Of a stretch of 64,000 nucleotides of DNA, positions 1 through 14,430 are shown one piece after another (the stretch's first letter is position 1; every line of letters begins with the position of its first letter). Position numbers and translations under genes: made by a program. The stretch comes from Octopus sinensis. Its lineage: Eukaryota. Location of the stretch: NCBI RefSeq assembly GCF_006345805.1, contig NC_043005.1:102176001-102240000 (forward strand). Direction: 5' to 3'. A model generated the notes under the pieces. It did no database searches. It was not told where the DNA came from and saw only the letters and a list, made by a program, of their open reading frames with translations.

Positions 1-14
1 AGAATCAATTAGGT

Positions 15-238
15 ATACCTATTTCTTTATTACCCACAAGAGGCTAAACACAGAGAGCACAAACAAGGACAGACAAACGGATTAAGTCGACCCTAGTGCG
101 TAACTTGTACTTATTTAATCGACCCCGAAAGGATGAAAGGCAAAGTCGACCTCGGCGGAATTTGAACTCAGAACGTAAAGACAGACAAAATACCGCTAAG
201 CTTTCTGCCCGGGATGCTAACGATTCTGTCAGCTCGCC
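15..238 (-). mobile_element. tRNA-derived SINE, family A (Meta/MESC-like central domain), near full length
   Basis: The reverse complement reads GGCGAGCTGACAGAATCGTTAGC (A-box-like) ... GAGTTCAAATTCC (B-box) ... GTCGACTTTGCCTTTCATCCTTTCGGGGTCG ... CTTGTGGGTAATAAAGAAATAGGTAT. It is colinear with the copies at 5435, 25084 and 52363. Confidence 0.9.
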
Positions 239-1634
239 GATGCTCCAACGATTTTACCACTCTACTACCGAAGAGCGACGTGAAATGAACAATGTGCCAC
301 CCGGTCCGAAAATTAAACCCGTGATATTGCCATCGCGAGAGTAACACCTTAACTGGTAGGTCACGCCAGGAGAAGGCAACAGGAAATTATTCCAGTATTC
401 ATCTCACTGAATTGTTTGGCAGAATACGTGTGACACAGTATGGGACAAAGATATACCATTTCAATGACTGTTGCTATCAGCTAGACAGACTTCTGAACTA
501 TTTTCGTCTTCAAAATTTCACTCTCAAAGCATGGGGCAATTGTAGGGCATAGGAAATGACATTTGCTCAAAATACCACACGGTTGGATCGAATCTGGTGC
601 TCATTGACGCTAAGCTAACTTGATAACCATTCAACCACACTACACTTTCACACACACACACACACACACAACACACACACACACAATATAACACATAGAA
701 ACACCGATACATACGCGACATGGACGTGAATGTATACATATAAATACACATCCACACGTAGTTTCAACGAACCAACACCACATATCAAATTATAATATAT
801 ATTACATTCTAAATATGCATTTTGTCATTTATTCAGTGAACGTCCTTTGGTATTGTGCATTGGATAACGGCTATATTTAAATATACATAATTTACATGCA
901 CAAATACATGCAAGCCCTCCCCTTCCTCTCCCCGTCTCTTTCCACCATATTCAAATACACTCAACCACACATATATGTGTGAATGTATTAAAGATATTAC
1001 AGTGAGAATTAATATATTTAATGCAATGTTTCAAAGGTCGAATTATATATATCACAGTCACTTGCAGAGATTTGAGGTCATCGTGACATCACTACTTTGC
1101 ATCTATCATATACATATGCCGTTCAATAAGGAGATTTTCTCGTATTTCATACTATGAAGTCATCGAGGTTACTTCCTCTAAATACTTTATCTCCTATGTA
1201 TGTCTTATGTTAGTAGTTGATATGATAAATATATTAAAAATTTCCCCCCACCAAAATTTCATTTAACACTGTCAGTGGGAATTTAATAAATTTTACGTAA
1301 TAAAAGAGATTCATTCAGTGAAAAATGAAAACACAAATAAATAACAAGCGCTGCTCTGAAAGACACTCGAAATAAAATACAAATGTATAATTTTGATTCA
1401 CGCAACATTTTGCAAATAGAAATTAAGGACATAGTACAAAAATAGGTAACAAAATTATACGTACGCGTATATAATATAATTTTGCGTGCAATTCCACACA
1501 CACACGCACTCACATCTATATATATGTATATATATATATATATAATATATATATATATATTATATATATATATTATATATATATATATGAATATATATTT
1601 CTTACTTTCTCTCTCTCTGTCTCTGTCTTTCTCC

Positions 1635-1679
<45 letters not shown>

Positions 1680-1974
1680 CATATATACATTGTATATGTA
1701 TGTTTGTAATAAATTTCTGAATTAAATTCTATGATATAAATTCGAAATAGCGTGATAGATATAGGGATTAAAATTCAATATGTTACGTAACCGGAAACAA
1801 AGTACCAACTTCTGTAATAAAGGTGTCATTTCCTTAAATGTTTAGCACCTCTTTTTCTTTTTTCATATTTTTATATTTATCTTACTCCTACCTTCTTGTT
1901 TTTTCCTATTTTTCTATGTCTCTCTCGAATAAATGCTGCATACAAATATATTCTTATGCTTATATAATAAACTT

Positions 1975-2043
<69 letters not shown>

Positions 2044-2090
2044 ATATCTATCTATCTATCTATCTGTCTATCTATCCGTCTATCTATCTA
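1975..2090. repeat. (TATC)n microsatellite
   Basis: Direct reading of the sequence. Confidence 0.95.
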
Positions 2091-2149
2091 ATTAGCTGTG
2101 ATAATCAGTCATATAAATATAAGGAGAGTATAATAAAATTCTGTAGAAA

Positions 2150-3170
2150 ATTAAGACTCACAGAGGCATTAACCAATTGCAATACTGAAAATGACCCACT
2201 AGTCAAAAACAAAAGTGAAGATATTACTCACAAAGGAAGAAATAAGAATATTGATGAATTCTGCAACCACATTGAAAACTTTCCCTACCACACCATGCAG
2301 TTAACAGACTACACAAGGGAATGAGCTCACAGATCGTTAAAACGACGAAGATATAACGATTAAAGTAGGAGATAAAGGAAGTGCAGTGGTAGTAATGGAC
2401 GCATTATACTATAGAAATCTAGTAATCTCCATGCTGAATAACAGTCTATATTACGAAGAGTTCACAAATTAAATCCCTCAAAAATAAAGAAAACATAATG
2501 AAAACCCTGTCCTCACTATCTAAAACCCATGGAAAAGAACCGACAACCAAAGAAATTGAGTTTTTAACAAACTTTAAATGCAAACCTAGCCCTCACCATC
2601 GTCACCCAAAATGTACCAATGCTACATAAGGACCTCAAATTAAAGGAAATTTTACACACGCATAAGATCATTAAAAGCCACAAACAAACGAAATTACTAA
2701 AAAAAGATCCTCACAAAGGCAGAATTATTTTCTAAAATAACGGACGCAACAGTGAAGAAATGTGGTCGACCAAATTGCGCAACATGCCCAAACCTTCTAG
2801 AAAGATAAGAATTCCTTTTCAATGAGGGACAAAATGTAAAATCAAATCTGACTTTACTTGTGCCTAAGAAAACCTCATTTCAGCTATAAGATGCTCGGAC
2901 TGCAACCAAAACTACACAGGGTCCACGGGATTATCGCTCCGACGCAGATGCACTCTACACCGACAGCAGATTGTATTCCCAGAATACAGAATGATTCCCT
3001 TTAGTGCACAGATCGAGAAATGCGCAAAGCAACTGGTACCACAAATTGTAATCTTTCCATTTTATCAATCTGCCATTGGAACACCAACTCAAGTTAGATT
3101 AAATAAGGAAAGCTACTTCATTGAAAATATAAGCCAAAACATATCCATTTCTAACAATTTTAAATAAGGA
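2150..3170 (+). mobile_element. Penelope-like element relic: RT N-terminus, RT core missing, GIY-YIG endonuclease
   Basis: Translated motifs: DEDITIKVGDKGSAVVVMD (2344-2400), KCGRPNCATCP (2758-2790) and AIRCSDCNQNYTGSTGLSLRRRCTLHRQQI (from 2883). There are stops and frameshifts. Only ~360 nt separate the DKG motif from the Cys linker, too little for an RT core. Confidence 0.8.
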
Positions 3171-3676
3171 AATTTACCTCTTTGAAAAAAATATAAATCA
3201 AATATTAACCACTTCTAACATTCTATTTTTTCTAAACCAAATCATGTTAAATTAATAAAACCTAGTCATTCCCAACTTTTTTGATTATTTCCCTTATACC
3301 GAAAAATTCCCTGATTACCTTCCCTTGCCTGGAACTCTCATACTCCACTTTACAGCGAAGAGATGACACAAGATCGATAAAGAAATTTGAGAAATTTGAA
3401 AAGAAAATATGAACCAGTTATTTCTCCAAAGACAATGTTTCTTTACACAACATTTTATAACATTTTCGTAACGTAACGATTTCAATATATTCTTTAACCA
3501 TATAACACAAGTCTTCTGTAGTTTTTTCACTCTATTTTGTCATTTATACATCCAACCACTTGCTTTCACTTGCTAACCCTCTAATGCACAGACACACACA
3601 CACACATATATATACACACACACACACATATATATATATATAAATACATAAATATACATACATACATACATATACA

Positions 3677-3735
<59 letters not shown>

Positions 3736-3823
3736 CATTAGTGTTAGAAAAGTGCTCCCAAGTATTTAATAGTTGTTTTCACTCTTATATGTACACACAC
3801 ACACATATATGTATGTAGGTATA

Positions 3824-3867
<44 letters not shown>

Positions 3868-4268
3868 ATATATGTATAAGTATATATACATATACACTAA
3901 TGTCTCAACCAATGCAACCCACATCATCCCTACTATCAAACCAGCAACTTTTAAATTCAGCTGGCCACAACAGATCTCAGCATGCATGCAAAGGAATGTG
4001 TGTTCATGAGTATATATATCTATGTGTGTATCAGGGTACTTTAGTGTGTGTGTGTGTGCGTGTGTGTGTGTGTATGTGTGTGTGTGTGTGAGTGTTGTGA
4101 GTGTTTGTGTATGAATGAGTGTTTCTGTGTATTTATGTTTTAAGTCAGAAGTGAAAGGGACGAATTTTCTATAAAATGTGGTGAACCTTCAACTTGACAA
4201 TGCACCGAACAACCCAACGAAGATAGATGATCTTTCGGGTAATGTTGAGTAGAACATATATATATTTA

Positions 4269-4332
4269 AGGCGGCGAGCTGGCAGAAACGTTAGCACGCC
4301 GGGCGAAATGCGTAGCGGTATTTCGTCTGCCA
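4269..4332 (+). mobile_element. SINE family A head fragment
   Basis: AGGCGGCGAGCTGGCAGAAACGTTAGCACGCCGGGCGAAATGCGTAGCGGTATTTCGTCTGCC matches the head of the 5435 and 52363 copies. Confidence 0.85.
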
Positions 4333-4392
4333 GACACTACTGGGAGGTGGCCCTCGAAGTCGCTGGAAATGGAGATCTTCAGGTTCAAATTC

Positions 4393-4403
4393 TGCTACTA
4401 CTG

Positions 4404-4464
<61 letters not shown>

Positions 4465-4549
4465 CACTACTGCTGCTGCTGCTATTACTACTGCCAACGC
4501 CAAGATTGCCATTCCCACTCCACCACAACCGCCATCATCATCATCATCG

Positions 4550-4583
<34 letters not shown>

Positions 4584-4596
4584 TATCATCATCATT
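4393..4596. repeat. Compound (TAC)n/(TGC)n/(CAT)n microsatellite
   Basis: Direct reading. It explains the poly-L, poly-Y, poly-H and poly-V ORFs. Confidence 0.95.
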
Positions 4597-5434
4597 GCTA
4601 ATCACGCCATTCATTTCCTTGATTAAAATCAGTATATACACCACCGCCATGACAACTTAAACTACTACTGCTATTATCACTACTGCCACCAACATGACCT
4701 TTCCTACCAACAACACCATCATCATACTACCACTACCTTCTCATCCACCCTGTCAACTGTCCATTAAATCCATACCTTATTTGAACCTTATCTTTGAAGA
4801 TTTACAACTTACCAAACGTCAGTATATTTTAGACATTTCTTGCCATTTTGGACAGTTCTTATCGCTTAATTGTTTGAAGTAAATTCTAACTTTTGTCACA
4901 TTTATCTGAAAAGTTGTCAATATTTTGCTGTGTTCTCAAAGTTTTGCTAGCACGGTTAGTGTTGTCGATAGTTTGCCACAATTGCAAGCTGTGGTCTTTA
5001 GTTCAACTCCTGTGTTCAAATGGTAGCAAAACGTTGCATATTTTTGAAACAAGTACAAGTTGAATACAGGGCTGATCTACTCAAATATTTATCACAAGTG
5101 TCCTTCGGCGGATTTGCAGTTGTTGAAAGCGAAGAAGACACCTTGCCATGCCTAAAATTAAAATAATTGTTTGGTCGAGTGGGATTGCAATTAGTCAGTT
5201 CGGGGACACTAATCTAATCGAATCTACTCTTGCTGGCTGTGTCTTATCTTTCTGAGATCAATAAAAAAAATATATTGGGATCGATATTAGCCCAAAATTC
5301 AATTCTAAGTATTCTCAGGAATCTATATCGTTCATAGCATTAACATTTAGAATTTACTCATGAAAGATACTTTCACTTATGACCGTCGATTTCTTATTTC
5401 ATTGTATCTATATTTGAATAGTTTTACTAGCAGG

Positions 5435-5663
5435 AAGGCGGCGAGCTGGCAGAATCGTTAGCACGCCGACCGAAATGCTTAGCGGTATTTCGTCTGCCGC
5501 TACGTTCTGAGTTCAAATTTCGCCGAGGTCGACTTTGCCTTTCGGGGTCGCTTAAATAAGTACCAGTTACGCACCGGGGTTGATATAATCGACTTAATCC
5601 GTTTGTCTGTCCTTGTTTGTCCTCTCTGTGTTTAGCCCCTTGTGGGTAGTAAAGAAATAGGTA
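5435..5663 (+). mobile_element. SINE family A, full length, with 11-bp target-site duplication
   Basis: A-box/B-box head, central domain, and tail ...GTGGGTAGTAAAGAAATAGGTA. TTACTAGCAGG lies at both 5424-5434 and 5664-5674. Confidence 0.95.
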
Positions 5664-6778
5664 TTACTAGCAGGTCTAATGACTATCTACAGACGATAGT
5701 CGATGACATTATGCAAAAATGCCGATCAGTAGTTCGTTATATCTCCAACTATGGTACGAAGTCATGTATGTCCTATTGTGAAAGGATATCATATGATTAT
5801 TGTGAGAGGCTACGAATGAATACACCATCACAGTACGTTGTACGAAGTATTATGTCATAATATGCCGTTTTGGTACGATCTCATATCATGGTTTGTAATA
5901 GTATAAACTGATATGACTGCATGATATTGTATTGTACCATTAGGGTATTAAGTCATATTGTGTTCAAACACGCAGTAACATCATACAATTTGATTATGTT
6001 CCAAACTTTATTAAAATAAATATTACATAAAAAAAGCTGCTGTGTAAAATACCGAAACACTTGTATTTTAGCGTCCTGTTCTATATACGAATATAATGTT
6101 TTATAAATATTTACATATCATACAATGTTGTAGCGACATTTCACGGAATCTATTCTTAGATATGATATCTCCCTTTGGTCCCAATAGTATTATATTATTT
6201 AGACGATAAAAATGACTCTAGTAAAGTAAGTATATCACAAACAGTGAAGGTTTACGTTACCTAAAGCGAAAGGTAAACATGATTGCTAAGAATGGATTAC
6301 ACAGATATACCCGTAGGGACGTTGCTGAACTGGAGGGGTCGATAAATCATCGCATACAATGCCTTAAGATATTGGTTCCAATTCTCCAGTCTAGGCGTAG
6401 AAAACCTGTCGGCGTCGATGCAGCCAAGGCACTGAGTTGTCGGAAATGTCAGAGCCTTGGACCAGATGCTTCATGGTGTTTGGTGTAGCGGTTTGTGTTC
6501 TGTGTTCAAATTCAACCATGGCATACATGGATGTTTGATTTATCTCATTCCCAAGGTTAACACCTCTCACTTCCCAACGCTAACTACTCTCATTTCCAAT
6601 GCCCTTAGCGAAGTCCACTCTGTTGCGAGATTTCGCGTCAAGCTTCTGTTTGCAGTATGCTCTCTTCCCGCCTACCATCAATCACGGACGCATTTTAACA
6701 GGTCATGGGCATTGCATGTCGTCTACGCTAAAAGATTAATATATATACAAAACACTAATATATAATGTGTGTATATCA

Positions 6779-6810
<32 letters not shown>

Positions 6811-7459
6811 GTGTATGTATTATGGAGGTAGATAGGCAGGCAGGGAAGTAGGTAGGTCGTTAGACACTCATTTATATAAATGTATATATATATATATATA
6901 TATATACAAACACACACAGACACATACATACACACAGGCACACACAAACACGCACACACAAAACACTCACGCATATATATATGCGGAAGTAGGCACACGT
7001 ACAAAGATATCCGTAAATACGTACACATATGAGTGTGTGAGTGCGTACGAGTTTTGTGTTTGTGTGTGCATTGGTGTGTGTGTGTGTGTATTTGTGCGTC
7101 TATGTGTCTGTACATGCATATGTGGATTTACCGAAACATGCAATCAGAAATATGTATAAAGGAGACTAAAGAACGGTACTAAGCCAATGATACGGAGCGA
7201 AATATAAAGTTACTGTTGCTGGAGTAAAAAGTGAGAGAAAAAGTAAAAAAAAAACAAAAAAACAAAAAAAAACAAAAACAAAACAAAGACAAAAAAAACA
7301 TAAAAATCCTCACAAGAGAAGTTCCATCTAGAGATTTATTCTTAGTTTCTATGCGAAAATTCCATATAACGCTCTATTCCATCATCTAGTAATAAGTTGT
7401 CCTTAATCTCGTATCTTTTTCTTTTATCTAGCATACTGTATTATATATATATATATATA

Positions 7460-7690
7460 GTGTGACTTATATTAGTTTTGTAACGGTGTGTGGTAAGAGA
7501 TTAAAGTTATGATATGTTGTTGTATGTTGCCGCAATGTTGCAGTGTCGCAATTTCTGAAGAATCTATTGAAACGGTGTTGGCATCAATAGACTTGGATAA
7601 TTTCAATGCAGATTGAAAGCGCAACATCAAGTAAGTTTTGTATCGTATTACCAAATAATATCGTGCGTTCATATCAATTACACTATCCAG

Positions 7691-7736
<46 letters not shown>

Positions 7737-7774
7737 TATTATTATTATTATTATTATTACTATTATTATCATTA

Positions 7775-7830
<56 letters not shown>

Positions 7831-9179
7831 GTTATTATTATTATATATTGTACACTTGTTTTCTTTCTTGTGATATATCTCTATATCTCCTGTTAATGAC
7901 TTGTCATATCATATTCACTGGCTGATAAATGTGAACAGAGATTACTCTTCTGATATATATTGCATACATGCTATTTATTTAAGTATCTATTTATTCCTGT
8001 TACTTCCTCTTCCTTTTGATTTCGTTTCGTTTTCTTCTTAATCTTTTTTTTTTCTCTTTTCTCATTTTTGCTTTTCTCTCTTTCTCCATACTCAATCTGT
8101 ATCTTTTTTTCTCCTTATATATGATTTTAGTTTCGGTTCCCCCATCGATAAGGTCATTCTATTAGTGTCTTCAAATATCTATTCAGATAATAATTATCTG
8201 CAACGTCTTACGATGAAATTCACTATCAATCAAACAGATGATCCGCTGTGTTTTCTATCAAACAACTTAATGTGATGAACAATAAGTACACAATTATTTC
8301 CGCCACTATTTCTAATGTTAGTGACGGACATGTTGAAGTGAACACCATCTTCTTTGACGTCTACAAATAAGATATATTTGAGCAACTTGGTCATTTGATA
8401 TATATGATTAAAGCAGACAATGAAACCAGGATATTAACTGAAATATGTAATGCTAGATTATGCCAAAAGATAATATACATTCAATATCTGTTTTGAGAAC
8501 GTTTCATTATTTTGACTGGTATTCTAAGCATCAGTAATATGGTTGAAACTATTTTAGAATTCCTTCATTAATTTAGGGAATGAGGAAATTCAGAAAGCAT
8601 AATAATCAAGTACGATACGATTTTGATAGATTTCCTATTCGTTTATATATATATATAATAATTATTTGAGGGAATATTAATCCTAACTTACAGGGAAAAA
8701 AAAAATTCAATTTGGAAATACTAAATCAAATTTCACACAATATAATATATATATAAAAATTAGAAAAAAATACCTTTTATCAATTCAAAATGAACAGTTA
8801 AATTACACCATCTGGAAAATTACATATAATATAAATATTAAATTAAAATAACAATAAAAACTAATGATTCAGTAAATTGCAAAAAAATAAATAAAAACCT
8901 ATATAATTGGTAGAATATATATATATATTATATATATATATATATATAGTGTGACTTATATTAGTTTTGTAACGGTGTGTGGTAAGAGATTAAAGTTATG
9001 ATATGTTGTTGTATGTTGCCGCAATGTTGCAGTGTCGCAATTTCTGAAGAATCTATTGAAACGGTGTTGGCATCAATAGACTTGGATAATTTCAATGCAG
9101 ATTGAAAGCGCAACATCAAGTAAGTTTTGTATCGTATTACCAAATAATATCGTGCGTTCATATCAATTACACTATCCAG

Positions 9180-9225
<46 letters not shown>

Positions 9226-9278
9226 TATTATTATTATTATTATTATTACTATTATTATCATTATTTTTATTATTATTA

Positions 9279-9319
<41 letters not shown>

Positions 9320-10404
9320 GTTATTATTATTATATATTGTACACTTGTTTTCTTTCTTGTGATATATCTCTATATCTCCTGTTAATGACTTGTCATATCA
9401 TATTCACTGGCTGATAAATGTGAACAGAGATTACTCTTCTGATATATATTGCATACATGCTATTTATTTAAGTATCTATTTATTCCTGTTACTTCCTCTT
9501 CCTTTTGATTTCGTTTCGTTTTCTTCTTAATCTTTTTTTTTTCTCTTTTCTCATTTTTGCTTTTCTCTCTTTCTCCACACTCAATCTGTATCTTTTTTTC
9601 TCCTTATATATGATTTTAGTTTCGGTTCCCCCATCGATAAGGTCATTCTATTAGTGTCTTCAAATATCTATTCAGATAATAAATTATCTGCAACGTCTTA
9701 CGATGAAATTCACTATCAATCAAACAGATGATCCGCTGTGTTTTCTATCAAACAACTTAATGTGATGAACAATAAGTACACAATTATTTCCGCCACTATT
9801 TCTAATGTTAGTGACGGACATGTTGAAGTGAACACCATCTTCTTTGACGTCTACAAATAAGATATATTTGAGCAACTTGGTCATTTGATATATATGATTA
9901 AAGCAGACAATGAAACCAGGATATTAACTGAAATATGTAATGCTAGATTATGCCAAAAGATAATATACATTCAATATCTGTTTTGAGAACGTTTCATTAT
10001 TTTGACTGGTATTCTAAGCATCAGTAATATGGTTGAAACTATTTTAGAATTCCTTCATTAATTTAGGGAATGAGGAAATTCAGAAAGCATAATAATCAAG
10101 TACGATACGATTTTGATAGATTTCCTATTCGTTTATATATATATAATAATTATTTGAGGGAATATTAATCCTAACTTACAGGGAAAAAAAAAATTCAATT
10201 TGGAAATACTAAATCAAATTTCACACAATATAATATATATATATAAAAATTAGAAAAAAATACCTTTTATCAATTCAAAATGAACAGTTAAATTACACCA
10301 TCTAGAAAATTACATATAATATAAATATTAAATTAAAATAACAATAAAAACTAATGATTCAGTAAATTGCAAAAAAATAAATAAAAACCTATATAATTGG
10401 TAGA

Positions 10405-10405
<1 letters not shown>
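7460..10405. repeat. Near-identical ~1.49-kb tandem duplication (7460-8948 / 8949-10405), with a further ~170-bp unit repeated at 10451-10620
   Basis: Identical ORFs are offset by 1489 bp (7472/8961, 7606/9095). Only a few substitutions separate the copies, and the junctions fall in (TA)n. Confidence 0.95.
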
Positions 10406-10439
<34 letters not shown>

Positions 10440-10612
10440 ATAATATATATATATAAAAATTAGAAAAAAATACCTTTTATCAATTCAAAATGAACAGTTA
10501 AATTACACCATCTGGAAAATTACATATAATATAAATATTAAATTAAAATAACAATAAAAACTAATGATTCAGTAAATTGCAAAAAAATAAATAAAAACCT
10601 ATATAATTGGTA

Positions 10613-10666
<54 letters not shown>

Positions 10667-13136
10667 TATCTTTGAAGTATGTACACTATTGGTTCGCTAA
10701 AAAATCATTTTAATAATTTCATCAACATAGTTATTTAATCAGCATCTCATATCTCATGTTAGACAGTATAATTTGGATTTTGTATCAGATTAATCGCTGT
10801 TTCATAGATTGTGTCTTTAGTCCTTCGTGTTAAAGTCCAGTATGGATCAAACAATAAAACACGCATATTTACTGAACCCTAATATTATTGGTAAACTTCA
10901 GATACCCCACATTCATTGATTCAATTTGTTCAGTATACGTCCACAATTTTTCCTATATATGTCCGAATTTTTCCAGAATAGGTCCACTAGTAATCCTGCT
11001 GATTGAATGATTACGTGACACATTGGAAATGCCTAATTTTTTTCCACACCGTAGACCCACTTAGTAAGATAGCTCACCATGATTTAGAATCTTTAAAAAG
11101 GCAGGGTACACATTCTGAGCGACAGAGTAGCTCTATTATGATGAACCCCACCCCCAGTGCTTGAGCAGCTCTTTATATTATCGACACATGGTGTATGAAA
11201 TATAAAACGGATTTTGGTAAAGAAACATCTCTGACCACCTCAAGGCGTCTTGTGCGGAACACTATATTATATCAATATGGTTCCTTAGTTCACAATAGTT
11301 CTTTAAAATATTTAATTTCGAACAGTTGTATTTAACAAGTAAAATAGTATTAATTTACCATGGAAATAATACTAGTCTACCTAAGTAGTATTTCCAGAGA
11401 ATTTGATATCTGTTGACCATATTTACGAGCCATGTAGAATTGACCAGTCATCCCACAAAGTCAATGAAATACATAACGTTGGATCTGATTACACAACGTT
11501 TAACTTGTGTACACAATATCTGAAAGTGTTCAAGTAGATTCTAGAACATTGTAGATATTAGAACCAGCAAGAGGATTAAGCTGCTCCATGACAGAATGAT
11601 TTACGGTAAAGTACATTATGTATTAGAGAACATTCATGGATATATTTATTCAAATGGCTGTTTATTGTGATAATTTCTGTTGCTTAATATCGTGTGGCGG
11701 TAAGTACAGCTAAAGTTCAGTGATTCCATCCCCATGTGGCTTTTAATTTTATCGAATTACAATAAATAACATTTTTTAGCTACGTCTGTATTAACATATC
11801 CAATGTAGTTATGGACAATAAATAATTAGCTAGACATAGCTCTCTTTATTGTGATGAGGAGAGAAAAATGTTAACTGAGTGTCTAAATCTAATCGAGGCT
11901 GGCAGGGGAAACAAATCAGATTGCTATTTACCTGTCTTGTTCGAAAGTAATCATTCAACTAATGTTTTTTCGTGCCGATGACGTCCCTGGGTGACTTGCG
12001 TCAGTCATTAAAAATATTCAGTTTGATTGAAATGACATGTAGGCGGAATAAACTATTTAAATTTCATCAACGACGATGTGATCAACAACAACAACAACAA
12101 CAACATTGAAACATTGTAGAAATTCTAATGGAAACGTCGATGAGGAAAAGGTTGACAGTCGTGATAATTGATACAGTTAACATATGACAAAAGCTCCTTG
12201 TCTATATCTGGAAACTGAAATCTTTCGCTAATCATATTTTTTAAGTGCTGTCATCTCAGCACGAAACTGTTTGAATATAATTATCTTTATTTTATTTGTT
12301 CTTTACTCAAGCTTTGTTTAATTTTGGAGTATTTTAAACTTGTAGTATAGAATGATAAAAATATCAGACGCCAGTACAGAGATAACAATCACAACATCGC
12401 TGAGCAAGCGACTGTAACAACAGATTTCGTTATAACAAAGCAAAAATTTAAATTGAAAAGCAACATGAAACGCTGACAGAATAATTATATTAATTTTGCT
12501 CTAATTATCTTTGATGTTTTTTCTTAATTCCATGTGATACTAAATAAATAGCACAATGATTATTCTTTAATCTGCTGAGACATTTTGACTTTACGTAAAA
12601 CAAACGAAGATCAAAAACAACCTTCGTATGAAAATAACAGAATCCGTTACCACGGATATAAAACAACGATATTAATTAATTCTCAAATAATGTTTTTCAA
12701 AGCGTTAATAAATATTTGATACGTTCCACTAAATGATAAAATAATTTTTTCGCAAATTTTAAAAGAAATAGGTCTCACCAAAATCAGTTATATTCTTTAA
12801 GTGCAACCACATAAGGTACTTATATACGGGTCGACAGATATAATGAGTTGCTGATAAAGTATTCCTGGGTATGATGACGAAAAAGTTTTCAAAATATCGT
12901 GCATGATAGTATTTTTGACACGTTATCACCATCAACGTTTCATTGATCTAGAAATATATATATCATCCAACTGTTAATCATACGCGTCATTCTTTTTGTA
13001 AGATTGTAACATGTGACTTCATAAAAATTCACTGAAATTTTTAAAAGGGTAACTGACCATATAGATGCTACCGCGTTGACTTGCATTCACGGTTGAAATC
13101 CCTTCTAACGGTATGAGTTTGCAGTAGACGACGACT

Positions 13137-13654
13137 TGTGATTGTGACCCTCTTCGGTCATAACTAACCATGGGATTGCACCTAGAAAGTTACCCTCCGA
13201 GGCACAAGTCTGGGCAAGGTTGTTTATGGAAGATCAGCAGTCCCCCATGCATACCGGCCTCCCCTCTCCACGCCACCGATGTTATCCAAGGGAAAGGCAA
13301 AGGCTGATACAGCTTTGCGTCAGTGACGTCGCAGCTCATTTATTAACGCTCAAGTTGCAGAGCACTCCATAGGCACGTGTACTCTTCTTGTAGTTCTCGG
13401 GGAGATTCAGCGTGACACAGAGTGTGACATGGCTGGCCCTTTGAAATACAGGTACAACAGAAACAGGAAGAAAGAGTGAGAGGAAGTTGTGGTAAAAGTG
13501 TACAGCAGGGTTCACCACCACCCCCTGCCGGATTCTCGTGGAGCTTCAGGTGTTTTCGCTCAATAAACACTCACAATGCCCGGTCTGGGAATCGAAACCG
13601 CGATCCTACAACCGCAAGTCCGCTACCCTAACCACTGGGCCATTGCGCCTCCAC
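13137..13654 (-). mobile_element. tRNA-derived SINE, family B, full length, probable RTE-type tail
   Basis: The reverse complement starts GTGGAGGCGCAATGGCCCAGTGGTTAGG (A-box) ... GGTTTCGATTCCC (B-box). GACGACT flanks both ends (13130-13136, 13656-13662). The RTE origin of the tail is recalled similarity and was not aligned. Confidence 0.85.
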
Positions 13655-14159
13655 AGACGACTATAATAGCAGCAAAACGAATTCTTAGCTTTACACAGTA
13701 CTGGTCGTTCATCTATAACTTTGGGCAATAGTACAAGAAGTATTAAAAGTATAGGCGTTAAACAAGTTACGTCAAGTTCTTATCACTCTATACAGTGAGT
13801 TATAGTTCTAGTATATTTACCTCATAAGCTAGCAACTCATAAAACTGTGACTTTTATTTGCTAAAGATTTACAGTTGAGATTTCAAAATCAGTTATCATC
13901 TTAGTTGAGAATCGGAAGAATCCATACATAGAAAACTGCAGTATTGATCTAGAATAGATCGATATTAATGTTTACTTTCACAGCATTTACATGAGTATAT
14001 AATGAGGTAATGATATCAATTTCTCTCGATCAGTACAGATTCAACAATTTATGAGAGAAATATATTTAAGTTTGTTGATTCAAGGGCGTGTATCTTAATA
14101 TTTTATTGCTACAAAGAAAGTTCGAAAGCTTCAGAATTATCATGTACTTCAGACTTAAC

Positions 14160-14430
14160 AAGTCTTGCATTTTTCAGAGCATGCGTTATTTTTCTATAGA
14201 GCTAAATCCTAGATTATGAAGAGGGACCTTCAAGATGTTCTTGATGATACATACAACAGGCTTCTCATGAGAGCTAAGAACATCTCATGGCATGATGCCT
14301 ACATCAAAATAGATTATTAAATAAATTCCACTGTTTCTGTTATCGCGCAACGTAGGGTACGTTAGTTGACGATTGTTATCTTACTGAACAAACTTCATAT
14401 CAGATGTATTTTGGTTTCCTCTGCACCCAA
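14160..14430 (+). mobile_element. RTE/RTEX-like LINE C-terminal relic
   Basis: LQDVLDDTYNRLLMRAKNISWH (14228-14293), followed by QRRVR, resembles the post-RT ...TYTRLLMRxxNISW...RRxRFAGH region of RTE-group LINEs. Heavily degraded. Confidence 0.55.

Noticed and set aside
7544-7630. Possible 87-nt exon (TTGCAG ... AA|GTAAGT), duplicated at +1489
   Set aside because: All three frames contain a stop and the acceptor lacks a pyrimidine tract. A non-coding exon cannot be excluded.
4227-9385. Poly-Leu/Tyr/Ile/His ORFs that look like membrane or His-rich proteins
   Set aside because: They are trinucleotide microsatellites (TAC, ATT, CAT) with no complex coding sequence.
10850-11650. Possible minus-strand L1-like RT relic (LGVGF, KYYLG fragments)
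   Set aside because: Only isolated short motifs with many stops; needs TBLASTN or an HMM search.
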